Notes: generated by a model from the sequence alone, not told the origin. Counted from the stretch's first letter, positions 26,056 through 34,428 are shown. The stretch: 41,695 nucleotides of DNA from a virus (IMGVR_UViG_3300037423_001363:1-41695), one strand, 5' to 3'. Numbers and translations: made by a program.

Positions 26056-27335
26056 CGGGCTCGCCGTGGATCCCCGAATTCCGCCTTGAGGCCGGCCTGT
26101 CCGGCGCGCTGGTCGACCCGGCGGTGTGGCAGATCGGCTCGCCGACTTCGGGACAGGTCGGGGTCGCCGCGATCGGCGCCGATGACATCTGGGTGGACAT
26201 CACCTACGCCGTGCGGAACTGGTCGTTTCAGACCGGCATGACGCGGGTGTCGAACCCGGGCCCGATCCGCTACGACGCGGGCACGCTGACGGCTGAGCTG
26301 AACAACGGCGACGGCGCGTTCGACCCGACGAACCTGTCCGGCCCGTTCGTGGTGGCCGGCGTGTCGCAGCTGACGCCGATGGTGCGGGTCCGGGCGTCGG
26401 CGATCTGGGCTGGGGTGCGCTATCCACTGTGGTCCGGGTTTGCGGACCGATGGCTGCCGGACACCGACCAGCCGACGTGGTCGACGACGACACTGACCGC
26501 GACCGACGGATTCAAGGTCCTGAACATCGACCGGGCGGCTGTTGCGCCGGTCGGCGTCGGCGAGGCCGCCGGTGCGCGGGTCGGCCGGATCCTGACTTCG
26601 CTGAACTGGCCGACTGACCTGCGGTCGATCTCAACCGGGGACAGCACCCTGCAGGCGACGGACCTGTCCGGCGCCGGGCTGGCCGAGTTGTTCTCGGTGA
26701 CCGACTCGGAGCAGGGCGAGTTCTTCATCAACCCGTCCGGCATGGCGACGTTCCGGGAGCGGCACGACATCCTCGCCGGCCGGTCCGCCGTGTCGCAGGC
26801 GACATTCGGCGACGGCGGCGGCACGGAGATCCCGTACGCGGCCGCGCCGGTGGACACCAACGACGACACGATGACCAACTCGGTTACCGCGACGCGCGTG
26901 GGCGGCACGGCGCAGACCGCGACGGACGCGACCAACATTACCCGTTACCTCGCCAAGACGTATTCGCCTGGCGGTGACCTGCTGCTGCAGACCGACTCGG
27001 ACGTCCTGCAGTGGGTGCAGGCGGTGCTGTACCAGAACGCCACACCGGAGTTGCGGTTCCAGTCGATCGCGCTGAACGTGCCGCGGGCGCCGCTGGCGGC
27101 GACGGTGTGGCCGGTCGTGCTCGCGCTGGGACTCGCCGACCGGGTCACGGTGATCCGCCGGCCGCCCGGCGGTGGCACAAACCAGCGGGACGTGTTCATC
27201 CGCGGCGTGTCGATGTCCTCGAACGGCGCCGACTGGAAGGTCGGCTTCACGTTGCAGGCGGCCGACCGCTACAGCTTCTTCACGATCGGCGATCCGATTC
27301 TCGGGCGCATCGGGCTCAATGCCATTTCGTTCTAG
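26052..27335 (+). CDS. Minor tail (hub/baseplate) protein
   Basis: WVDIT..V..AGT....LNN.DG.FDP..D..SE.G.FF..G..TFR.R; follows TMP. Confidence 0.85.
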   Translation: MTGSPWIPEFRLEAGLSGALVDPAVWQIGSPTSGQVGVAAIGADDIWVDITYAVRNWSFQTGMTRVSNPGPIRYDAGTLTAELNNGDGAFDPTNLSGPFVVAGVSQLTPMVRVRASAIWAGVRYPLWSGFADRWLPDTDQPTWSTTTLTATDGFKVLNIDRAAVAPVGVGEAAGARVGRILTSLNWPTDLRSISTGDSTLQATDLSGAGLAELFSVTDSEQGEFFINPSGMATFRERHDILAGRSAVSQATFGDGGGTEIPYAAAPVDTNDDTMTNSVTATRVGGTAQTATDATNITRYLAKTYSPGGDLLLQTDSDVLQWVQAVLYQNATPELRFQSIALNVPRAPLAATVWPVVLALGLADRVTVIRRPPGGGTNQRDVFIRGVSMSSNGADWKVGFTLQAADRYSFFTIGDPILGRIGLNAISF

Positions 27336-27347
27336 GAAGGAGCCCGC

Positions 27348-27857
27348 ATGGCCGCGCCGGTCTATGTCACGGGGAACGTGCCCTCGGCCGCTGAGGTCAA
27401 CTCGTGGTTCGTCAACGTCCTGTTCGCGCGGAAGACCTCCGACGAGACGATCACCTCGAACGCGACGTTGCAGGACGACAATGACCTGTTCGTCACCGTG
27501 GAGGCGAACGCGATCTACCACACCATTGTCCTGCTCAGGTATGTGTCGCAGGCGACCGACGACTTCAAGACCGGCTGGACCGGCCCGGCCGGCTACAGCT
27601 TCTCCGGCGAGTCGCGGGGGCCACTCGGCAACGCTACCGATAACGTTGCAGGCGGCACATGGGAGATCGGCGCCGGCTCCCACGGCATCGTCCACAACGG
27701 CGTCCCCGGGATCAACATGCCCGTCCGCCTTGAAGGCATCCTCATCACCTCCGGCACGGCGGGCACATTCCGGCTGCAATGGTCGCAGGCCACCTCCGGT
27801 GCGAGTGGCACCACGGTCCGGGCGGGCGCGTACATGCTGCTGCGGCGAGTGTCCTGA
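27348..27857 (+). CDS. Minor tail/fiber protein
   Basis: G.V..AA..N..ARKTSDET..TLQDDNDL..G...T..TAGT..LQW.Q. Confidence 0.8.
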   Translation: MAAPVYVTGNVPSAAEVNSWFVNVLFARKTSDETITSNATLQDDNDLFVTVEANAIYHTIVLLRYVSQATDDFKTGWTGPAGYSFSGESRGPLGNATDNVAGGTWEIGAGSHGIVHNGVPGINMPVRLEGILITSGTAGTFRLQWSQATSGASGTTVRAGAYMLLRRVS

Positions 27858-28204
27858 TGCCGCTCACGCTCGGCGACGTGGTGCGCATGGAGTTGGTGGC
27901 CACGGTCACCGCGGCCGACGCGACCACCATCACGCTCACGTCGTTCGGCGGGAACGCGGTCGTGTTCCCGAAGGCGATCAACAACGACCCCGGGTTCACG
28001 TACCAGGTGATCCCAGCCTCCGAGCCGGCCTACACCGCCGGCGAGCTGTACCGGGACGCCGCCGGGAACGTCTACCAGCGGGTGGCGACCGATCAGCCCG
28101 GGGACCGGTGGCGGGTGCTGGTGCATCCGACGCGCCCGCCGGGCCAGTACGTGGGCGAGTTGGTGCCGGTCCGCCCGCTCGCGCACCTCATCCCCTCACC
28201 GTGA
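27857..28204 (+). CDS. Hypothetical protein
   Basis: TGATG coupling. Confidence 0.65.
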   Translation: MPLTLGDVVRMELVATVTAADATTITLTSFGGNAVVFPKAINNDPGFTYQVIPASEPAYTAGELYRDAAGNVYQRVATDQPGDRWRVLVHPTRPPGQYVGELVPVRPLAHLIPSP

Positions 28205-28216
28205 AGAGGTAAGCCT

Positions 28217-29119
28217 ATGGCCATCTCTCCTGAGTATCCGGACCTGCGGTGGATGCCGCCGGCGTCGTGGACGAACGCGAACCGGTCGAGTGTGCAGCTG
28301 GTCGTCATCCACACCACCGAGGGCAGCGAGGGCCCGATGTCGGCGGAGGACGGAGCCGCGTACGACCAGCGCCGCACCGACGGCACCAGCACGCACTTCT
28401 TCCACGACAGCGACAGCACCGTGCAGTGCGTGCGGACGGAGGACATCGCGCACGCCGCCCGGCATCAGGGCAACCTGCGCGGCATCCAGCACGAGCTGTG
28501 TGGCAGCGCCTACCAGGGCGCCGCCGGCTGGGCGGATGCGGTCAGTCAGGGCACGCTGCGGCAGGCGGCCCGGCAGTGCGCACGGGACGCGAAGAAGTGG
28601 GGTATCCCGGTCCGGAAGCTGACCGTGGGCCAGGTCGCCGACGGGGTGAAAGGCTTCTGCGGCCACGTCGAGATCACGTACGCGTTCCCGCAGGACAACG
28701 GCACGCATACTGATCCCGGTCCGACGTTCCCGTGGTCACAGTTCCTGGACCTGGTCCAGGCCGAAATGAAAGGTGACGTCAACATGCCCACCGTCGATGA
28801 GATCGTGACCGGTCTGCTGTCCGCCAAACTCGGCTCGTCCGGTCCGACGGTCGGGGTCGCCCTGCAGACCGCCATCAGCGACGCAGCCCGGGACAAGATC
28901 CTGTCCGCGAACCTCGGCAGCTCCGGCCCGAACGTAGCCGTCGCCCTGCAGACCGGCGCGTACCAGAACTCGGTGTCGCTGCTGGCCAAGGCGTCGGACC
29001 TGCTGGCCGCGGCCACCGAGCTGCTGGCCGGGCAGGCGGCGGAGAGCAACGCCATCGCGGAGTTGGCAGCCGCCATCGCGGACCTGCGCGCCAGCCTCGT
29101 TCCGCCCGTCACCGGTTAA
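28217..29119 (+). CDS. Endolysin, N-acetylmuramoyl-L-alanine amidase (Amidase_2/PGRP)
   Basis: VVIHTTEG..STHFF..VQCV...AHAA..GIQHELCG..GH..HTDPGP.FPW. Confidence 0.92.
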   Translation: MAISPEYPDLRWMPPASWTNANRSSVQLVVIHTTEGSEGPMSAEDGAAYDQRRTDGTSTHFFHDSDSTVQCVRTEDIAHAARHQGNLRGIQHELCGSAYQGAAGWADAVSQGTLRQAARQCARDAKKWGIPVRKLTVGQVADGVKGFCGHVEITYAFPQDNGTHTDPGPTFPWSQFLDLVQAEMKGDVNMPTVDEIVTGLLSAKLGSSGPTVGVALQTAISDAARDKILSANLGSSGPNVAVALQTGAYQNSVSLLAKASDLLAAATELLAGQAAESNAIAELAAAIADLRASLVPPVTG

Positions 29120-29121
29120 CC

Positions 29122-29526
29122 ATGCCGCTGCCAGGGCCGCCGCGGCGGGTCGCACGCTTCATCGGGTACGTGATGATGGCCGCCGGCGGTGGTGTCGCGT
29201 TCGCGATCCCGGTGCGCAGCATCGAGTCCCGCACCGGCTGGCTGGTGTACCTGTGGGCCGCGTTTCTGCTGATCGGTGGGCTGGCGTGCGCGTACGGGGC
29301 GGTCACCGACCAGTGGATCGGCGAGTTGGTTGGCCTGCCGCTGATCAGCTCCGCGTTCGGCGTGTACTTCGTGGTCCTCGGCTTGGCGTTCACGATCCCC
29401 GGCGCGGCCATCAGTCTGGTGTTCGGCGCCATCGCGTTGATCCTGCTGGCGCGGTGGCGGGATATCAGCCGAGTCAGGCAGGAGGCGGACCGGGCTAACC
29501 AACACCGCCCGCGGGAGGTCCAGTGA
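29122..29526 (+). CDS. Multi-TM membrane protein (lysis cassette)
   Basis: Four hydrophobic segments. Confidence 0.75.
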   Translation: MPLPGPPRRVARFIGYVMMAAGGGVAFAIPVRSIESRTGWLVYLWAAFLLIGGLACAYGAVTDQWIGELVGLPLISSAFGVYFVVLGLAFTIPGAAISLVFGAIALILLARWRDISRVRQEADRANQHRPREVQ

Positions 29527-29912
29527 AGGCCTCGGACCTGGTCGTCCCGCTGGTCACCGTGTTACTCGGTGGTGGCGGGTTGGCGTTCTTGCAGGCCATC
29601 TTCAAGGGCTACGGCAGCCTGCGCGGCGGTGCGCGAGCCCACGAGCGGGAGTCGATCGCCGACCTGGCCCGGGCCCGTGACGCCGCGGACGAGCGGGCCA
29701 ACTGGGCGGAAAGGGACCGGGACTTCTGGCACGCGGTGGCCGGGCGGTGGCGGTACCAACTGGTCAGCAACGGGATTGAGCCGGTGCTGCCGGATCCGAT
29801 ACCGCCGTCGGAGCGGCGCGGCAAGACCAGGCCGGGCAAGCGTGGCGGCTACCGCGGGGGCGGCGATGCATCTGACGTGCCACCACCGACCAGAGGGGAC
29901 GGCACGCGATGA
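29523..29912 (+). CDS. Membrane-anchored coiled-coil protein (lysis cassette)
   Basis: N-terminal TM (LLGGGGLAFL), then coiled coil. Confidence 0.7.
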   Translation: MKASDLVVPLVTVLLGGGGLAFLQAIFKGYGSLRGGARAHERESIADLARARDAADERANWAERDRDFWHAVAGRWRYQLVSNGIEPVLPDPIPPSERRGKTRPGKRGGYRGGGDASDVPPPTRGDGTR

Positions 29913-30190
29913 TGGGTCGCGACTGCTGGTGCCACGTTCACCGCGACGATGTGCCGCTCGAGGTGCATCACGTGTGGCCTCTGGGCGCCGGGGGCCCGGA
30001 CGTGAAAGCGAACCGGGTCACGATCTGCTCAAATGCCCATTCGAGCACTCACGACCTTTTGCTGAAGATGCTGAAGGCCGGGACGGTGGCGCTGCCGTGG
30101 CATGTGCGCTGGCGGTACGGGCGTAAGGTGCGCCGGCTCGCGGTGGCCGGCTTCGCCGCGATCCAGGCGAAGATGGTCATCGCGCCGTGA
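29909..30190 (+). CDS. Small HNH endonuclease
   Basis: CWC..EVHHVWPLGAGGPD...N...ICSNAH...H. Confidence 0.8.
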   Translation: MMGRDCWCHVHRDDVPLEVHHVWPLGAGGPDVKANRVTICSNAHSSTHDLLLKMLKAGTVALPWHVRWRYGRKVRRLAVAGFAAIQAKMVIAP

Positions 30191-30261
30191 AACTTGAATA
30201 GATCGACCCGGCATTCAACTTTAGGCCGGCTTCCTTGCATTCCAAGATCGGAGTGATCGTC

Positions 30262-30474
30262 ATGCTCGCTCGCGTACGGAAAGCGGTCATCGCCGGGCTC
30301 GGCGCTGGTATCGCCGCCGGTTTCGGCACGCTCGTGCAGTCCGGCGCGCCGACGAAGGACGAGGTCAGCAAGGCGATCGGTGTGGCCGTTGTCGCCGCGG
30401 TCACGGTCGGCTGGGCGACGTGGCGCGTACCCAACAAGCCGGCCTACAAGGTCGGCGGCGTCGTCAAGCCGTGA
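30262..30474 (+). CDS. Putative holin
   Basis: RKAVIA..two TMs..TWRVPN; typical actinophage holin ending. Confidence 0.7.
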   Translation: MLARVRKAVIAGLGAGIAAGFGTLVQSGAPTKDEVSKAIGVAVVAAVTVGWATWRVPNKPAYKVGGVVKP

Positions 30475-30707
30475 TCAAGCGCGTCTGGCCGTTCGCGTTC
30501 CTCGGCCTGACCGCAGTCCTCGTCGGCGCCGAGATCTGGGCGTCCGCCGACGGCAACTCGTCCACGGTACCGTGGACCGATTACTTGGTGCGGTACGTAC
30601 CGGAAGAGGTCGTGTACGCGCTGCTCGGCGCGCTGCTGCTGTGGGCTCCGTTCCACTTCTGGCGGCGGTATCGGAAACGGAAGACGCAGCGGGACACGAT
30701 CACGTAG
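30471..30707 (+). CDS. Two-TM membrane protein
   Basis: GTGA coupling; hydrophobic with basic C-terminus. Confidence 0.7.
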   Translation: MIKRVWPFAFLGLTAVLVGAEIWASADGNSSTVPWTDYLVRYVPEEVVYALLGALLLWAPFHFWRRYRKRKTQRDTIT

Positions 30708-30741
30708 GATCAGCCTCTGACGGAGAAGTCCCGGTACAGAA

Positions 30742-30783
30742 CGGCCCCGCATCGCCTTCCCGGCGAGCGGGGCCGCTTCTTTG
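30742..30783 (+). terminator. Terminator at end of late operon
   Basis: CGGCCCCGC(A)TCGCC-TTCCC-GGCGAGCGGGGCCG followed by CTTCTTTG. Confidence 0.65.
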
Positions 30784-30918
30784 CATCCTGCCGAGGTGCC
30801 GCTGCGCGGGAGCTACCCGCCGCCCGGTGACCGGTAGCGGTCCGGCTTCAGCGTGACGCAAGGAGCAAAATCCCCAAGGACGCGCACACCCCAGCAGGAG
30901 TCGATGAGAAGGATATGC

Positions 30919-31125
30919 TCAGTCCCCTTCGGGCTCCTCGGCGATCTCGGGCCGGTGTTCTCTGATCCACGCCTCAACATCATCTTGCAACCAGATCGAG
31001 CCCATGGCCAGCGTCTGGTACGGCTCGGGGAAGCCGCGCCGGCCGATGATGAGGTAGGCGCGTTGCCTGCTCACTCCAAGTCGATCTTGGATCTCCTTGG
31101 CGCCCATGAACCTGATCTTGTGCAC
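30919..31125 (-). CDS. AlpA-like HTH regulator
   Basis: MGAKEIQDRLGVSRQRAY....FPEP..L..G..W..DVEAWI. Confidence 0.85.
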   Translation of the reverse strand: MHKIRFMGAKEIQDRLGVSRQRAYLIIGRRGFPEPYQTLAMGSIWLQDDVEAWIREHRPEIAEEPEGD

Positions 31126-31317
31126 ATGCAGATACTAAGGACATGTAGCCGAACAGTTGGGGGACGGCAAGTAATCTAAGACGTCTTCCGCATGTGTATA
31201 GGCAGTTGTAACGTCGGGTGGTGGAGGCGGCGGTGAAGCTTGATCAGAAAGTGGCCGCGAGTTCACTTGCTGATCTGACCCGTCGCCTCCCCTAACCGAC
31301 TCGCGGCGGGAGGCCCG

Positions 31318-31470
31318 ATGCACCTGTTCCCCTGGACCCGGCGACGAGCCCGACGGCAGGCGATCGCCGAGGCCCAGGCCCGGCAGCGCGCCGACTACGA
31401 CCGAGCGGTCCGCCGCATCACCGCGCAGGACGAGGACCGGGATCCGGCCGATGAGCGGGAGCGGCCGTGA
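31318..31470 (+). CDS. Small basic protein (not in ORF track)
   Basis: GGGAGG RBS; MHLFPWTRRRARRQAIAE (50 aa); GTGA coupling to the next gene. Confidence 0.65.
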   Translation: MHLFPWTRRRARRQAIAEAQARQRADYDRAVRRITAQDEDRDPADERERP

Positions 31471-31685
31471 ACGCGCACCTGCCGCTGCGCCCGTCGTGGG
31501 ACTGCGCCGCCTGCGCCCGGCCGTGGCCGTGTGAGCCGGCGCGGGAGCGGATGGCCGCGGAGGCGGACACGTCGCTGCGGATCGCGGCCTGGTCGTGGCT
31601 TGAGGAGGCCATGCGAGACATGCCGGACGCGCCCGCGGGTCAGATGTACGACAGGTTCATCGCATGGACGCGGCAGGCAACCTAG
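31467..31685 (+). CDS. H-x-P-x-RP-x-W-x-CxxC-xx-WPC protein
   Basis: HLPLRPSWDCAACARPWPC..A..RF..W; family recalled as common in Micromonosporaceae. Confidence 0.8.
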   Translation: MNAHLPLRPSWDCAACARPWPCEPARERMAAEADTSLRIAAWSWLEEAMRDMPDAPAGQMYDRFIAWTRQAT

Positions 31686-31693
31686 GCCGCAAA

Positions 31694-31736
31694 ATCCCCC
31701 CACCTCACCCTCGCAAGGAAGGGAGATGGGGGGGAT
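31694..31736. terminator. Probable terminator between convergent genes
   Basis: ATCCCCCCA..TGGGGGGGAT stem. Confidence 0.55.
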
Positions 31737-31743
31737 GTTCGCG

Positions 31744-31798
31744 CCTGCCCAACCCCGCCACGCCACGCCCGGACTCGCCCAGACAGGCCTCGCCCCGA
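31744..31798. repeat. Degenerate 5-bp periodic repeat (11 units)
   Basis: cctgc ccaac cccgc cacgc cacgc ccgga ctcgc ccaga caggc ctcgc cccga. Confidence 0.55.
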
Positions 31799-31826
31799 CT
31801 GATGCGAGCTTAGCAAGCCCTGGATT

Positions 31827-32405
31827 TCACTGCCGGTGCCAGGTACCACATCTCTCGGACGTGAACCATTGGCCTTTCTTCAGGGTCACCTGGGGACGAC
31901 CGCCCTGCGGTAGGTCGTTGTCGATGATGTTGTTGCCCTCGCTGTCCGAGGCTTTCATCCAGTAGCAGTCCATACCGGCCACATTCGTGGTGACTCGGTA
32001 GACGCCGGCCGGGAAGTCCCGTCCGACTAGTCCGGGCGTGTCTTCGTCGCTGATCGCGATGACCTTGGGTGCGGCAGGCTTCGCCACGGCAGGTGTAGTG
32101 GGCTTGGCGGCGGTGACCGTCGGTGCGGCGGTGGTCGCCTCGGTGGTCGCGGCGGGTGTCGGGTCGCGGGTGGTGTCTGAGGTGACCGCGCCGGTGGTGG
32201 TGTCGTTGCCGCCGATGAGGGCGCCGATGCCGCCGATTCCGCAAACCGCGAGCACTACCGCTCCGACGGTGGCGAGCACCACGTTGCGTGCGGTGTGCTT
32301 CTTCTTGAGTGCGGGCGGCGGCTGCTCGCCCTGCGGCTGCGGCGGCCAGTAGGGCTGGGGCTGGGGTTGTCCGGAGGCGTCGGGCGTCCGGTTCTCGTAG
32401 GTCAT
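31827..32405 (-). CDS. Membrane-anchored surface protein (moron)
   Basis: AGGAAGG RBS; Pro/Gln-rich N-terminus, TM, T/A/P linker, VG.D.PAG.Y..CYW..II.N..CG.W domain. Confidence 0.8.
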   Translation of the reverse strand: MTYENRTPDASGQPQPQPYWPPQPQGEQPPPALKKKHTARNVVLATVGAVVLAVCGIGGIGALIGGNDTTTGAVTSDTTRDPTPAATTEATTAAPTVTAAKPTTPAVAKPAAPKVIAISDEDTPGLVGRDFPAGVYRVTTNVAGMDCYWMKASDSEGNNIIDNDLPQGGRPQVTLKKGQWFTSERCGTWHRQ

Positions 32406-32450
32406 GGTCGTGCCTTCCTGTGGTTGGGTGGGGGTCGGACGCTCGCCCGC

Positions 32451-32497
32451 AGTGTGAGCGAGCAGTGGTGATCTAGCAACTGTGTGTCGTTGATCTG
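32451..32497 (-). promoter_or_regulatory. Leftward promoter module, copy 2
   Basis: Minus strand CAGATCAACGACA..TTGCTA-N17-CACACT. Confidence 0.7.
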
Positions 32498-32567
32498 GCC
32501 TAGTCGGGTGATACGGAACTGACTGGCGGGTGAATGAACTGGACCCGGCGGCCTTCAACCAAGGCTC

Positions 32568-32606
32568 TTAACAGCGGGTTCACAGCACGGTTACAGGCGG
32601 GTTAAC
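32568..32606 (+). promoter_or_regulatory. Four 11-bp-phased half-sites (OmpR-family-like box)
   Basis: TTAACAG (32568), TTCACAG (32579), GTTACAG (32590), GTTAAC (32601). Confidence 0.5.
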
Positions 32607-32655
32607 TCGACGGTCTCGCGGCCACTTCTGATCACCGTCCAAGAAGGGGACCGAC

Positions 32656-32964
32656 ATGACCAGGGCCATCGTCTTCGTGCCACCCGTCGAACACATGTTC
32701 ATGTACGCCGACCAGTGCTACGAGCACGCCGGCCGCGAGGCATACGACGTCGACAGCTTCGTCATGGGCGACTGGCGGCAGGCAGCCGAGATCCTCAAGG
32801 CCGGCTACGCCGACGTCCTGCTCTACGCCCGCGAGGAGCACCTCGACCCGCACCGCAAGCCCCGCATCGAACGGGCCGCGCCGGACCTGCCGACGCTGCA
32901 GCCGGACGTGCAGGAGGTGTCCAGGTCGATGCTGCGCCGCCGCCGCCCCAACGAGATCTACTGA
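32656..32964 (+). CDS. Hypothetical protein resembling a degenerate resolvase N-terminal domain
   Basis: RAIVFV..QC..Y.V..W..A...L..G.ADVLL.A..EHL; lacks YxRVS. Confidence 0.6.
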   Translation: MTRAIVFVPPVEHMFMYADQCYEHAGREAYDVDSFVMGDWRQAAEILKAGYADVLLYAREEHLDPHRKPRIERAAPDLPTLQPDVQEVSRSMLRRRRPNEIY

Positions 32965-32966
32965 CA

Positions 32967-33773
32967 TCACGCCACCGCCTGGGAGCCGAGAACCGCGCGC
33001 CGCTTCGACGCCTCATTGACCGCCACGTAGATCGCCGTCGTCGCCGGCGACACGTGACCCATGAGCTCCTGCACGGCCACGAGATCCTTGACCTCGTCGT
33101 ACGCCGCAGTGGCGAATGTGTGCCGCAGCCGGTGCATCGACACCTCGGGATAGCCGAGTGTGGTCAGCCGGTAGTTGCCACGGTGCGACACCTGCTGCCG
33201 GGTAAGTCTGCTGCCGTCGGTGTCCCGGGCGACCGGGCCCGGCGGCAGCGACTGGGCCAACTCCCATACCAGGTCATGGGTCGGCACGTACCGGTCGTAG
33301 CCGCCCTTGCCGTGCAGCCGGACCTGCTCCCGGGTGATGTCCTCGCGGTCCATGGCAGCGATCTCAGTGCACCGGGCGCCGGCGCGCCGGGCCAGCAGGA
33401 ACCAGTCGCGGTACGGCGGCCGCGCCCGGGCGAAGATGTCGAGCAGCTGCGCTACCGGCACCGGCCGCGGCCTATACCTCGGCGGCGGCACCTTCGGCAG
33501 CCGGCGCGCCGGGTTGAAGTCCAGGCGCGGCTCGTCCGGGTCACACGCCCACGCGAAGAACCCGCAGACGACGGTGCGGTACCAGTTGCGGGTGGCCCGG
33601 CCGTGCCCGTCGGTGTTGATCCACTCCCGGAGCTCGTCCTCGCAAGCGCGGGTCAGGCCCTGCGGTAGCTCCCGGTCCATGCGAGTGAGCAGCTCGAGGT
33701 AGCCCTCGACGGTGGAGTCGGCGCGGCCGAGGTCCCGCAGGTGCCGCCGGTACGCGGCGAGGTGGCCGGTCAT
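32967..33773 (-). CDS. int: Tyrosine integrase/recombinase, short type without arm-binding domain
   Basis: GARCTEI (R), VRLHGKGG (K), HRLRHTFAT (HxxR), LMGH..TT.IY (H,Y); about 268 aa. Confidence 0.95.
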   Translation of the reverse strand: MTGHLAAYRRHLRDLGRADSTVEGYLELLTRMDRELPQGLTRACEDELREWINTDGHGRATRNWYRTVVCGFFAWACDPDEPRLDFNPARRLPKVPPPRYRPRPVPVAQLLDIFARARPPYRDWFLLARRAGARCTEIAAMDREDITREQVRLHGKGGYDRYVPTHDLVWELAQSLPPGPVARDTDGSRLTRQQVSHRGNYRLTTLGYPEVSMHRLRHTFATAAYDEVKDLVAVQELMGHVSPATTAIYVAVNEASKRRAVLGSQAVA

Positions 33774-34204
33774 CACGGCCGCCACCGTTCGTCGTAGCCG
33801 CTTCTCTCTGCGTACGGCAGGGCGAGTCGTCGCAGCACCCGCTCCGCCAGGATGGCGTCAAGCTCATCGCAGGATTCAACCGTGGTGTAGTGCGACGCAG
33901 TGCGCAGCACGTCCCACAACTCGTCCAAGATCCGCCGCTTGGCGTCGACCTCGGCCAGCACGCGGGCCGGATCCCAACGGGCGATGTGCTCGGCGTCCTC
34001 GTGACTCGGTCGGCCGATGTCGTGAGCACCGACGCTGGCGATGACGTACATGCCGAAGGACTCGCTCGACTTCGATGCACTCGGTCCGCTGTGGCGGATG
34101 CTGGCGTTCGCCTCATCGCGCAGCCACGGAGCCGTCGAGGCCGCCCGCGCCACCCGCTCGTCGTCGTCGAGCTGCGCGCGCAGCCACGTGATCAGGTCGT
34201 TCAT
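33773..34204 (-). CDS. DUF6221-like protein
   Basis: DLITWLRAQLDDDER.ARAA..HIARWDPARVLAEVDAKRRIL..LALPYA...Y...WRP. Confidence 0.85.
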   Translation of the reverse strand: MNDLITWLRAQLDDDERVARAASTAPWLRDEANASIRHSGPSASKSSESFGMYVIASVGAHDIGRPSHEDAEHIARWDPARVLAEVDAKRRILDELWDVLRTASHYTTVESCDELDAILAERVLRRLALPYAERSGYDERWRP

Positions 34205-34428
34205 CGGTCGGCCCGCCGGCGCTGCTCGGCCAGGTCCAGGCCGGCGAGCACATTGCGAATCTGCCGCCGCGCCTCGGCGTCGTCGAGGTAGCCGTCGTCG
34301 GCGATGACCCGGATCCGCTCGACCGCCCATGAGCGTTTCCGGTCGGCGGGGCGGATCATGATGTGTGCCGCTATCAGCTCGACCTCTTTGAGGGAGCGTT
34401 TCGCGTCGGCTGCGGTGGATATGGTCAT
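34201..34428 (-). CDS. Hypothetical protein
   Basis: AGGAGG RBS, ATGA coupling. Confidence 0.7.
   Translation of the reverse strand: MTISTAADAKRSLKEVELIAAHIMIRPADRKRSWAVERIRVIADDGYLDDAEARRQIRNVLAGLDLAEQRRRADR

Noticed and set aside
15583-29896. CCACCGACCAGAGG shared upstream of genes 15606 and 29909
   Set aside because: 14-bp matches are expected by chance in a high-GC 42-kb genome, and part of it is SD sequence.
30191-30221. TTGAAT-N13-ATTCAA dyad before the holin as a dif or att site
   Set aside because: Spacing does not fit 11-6-11, it is single-copy, and it is too short to support a function.
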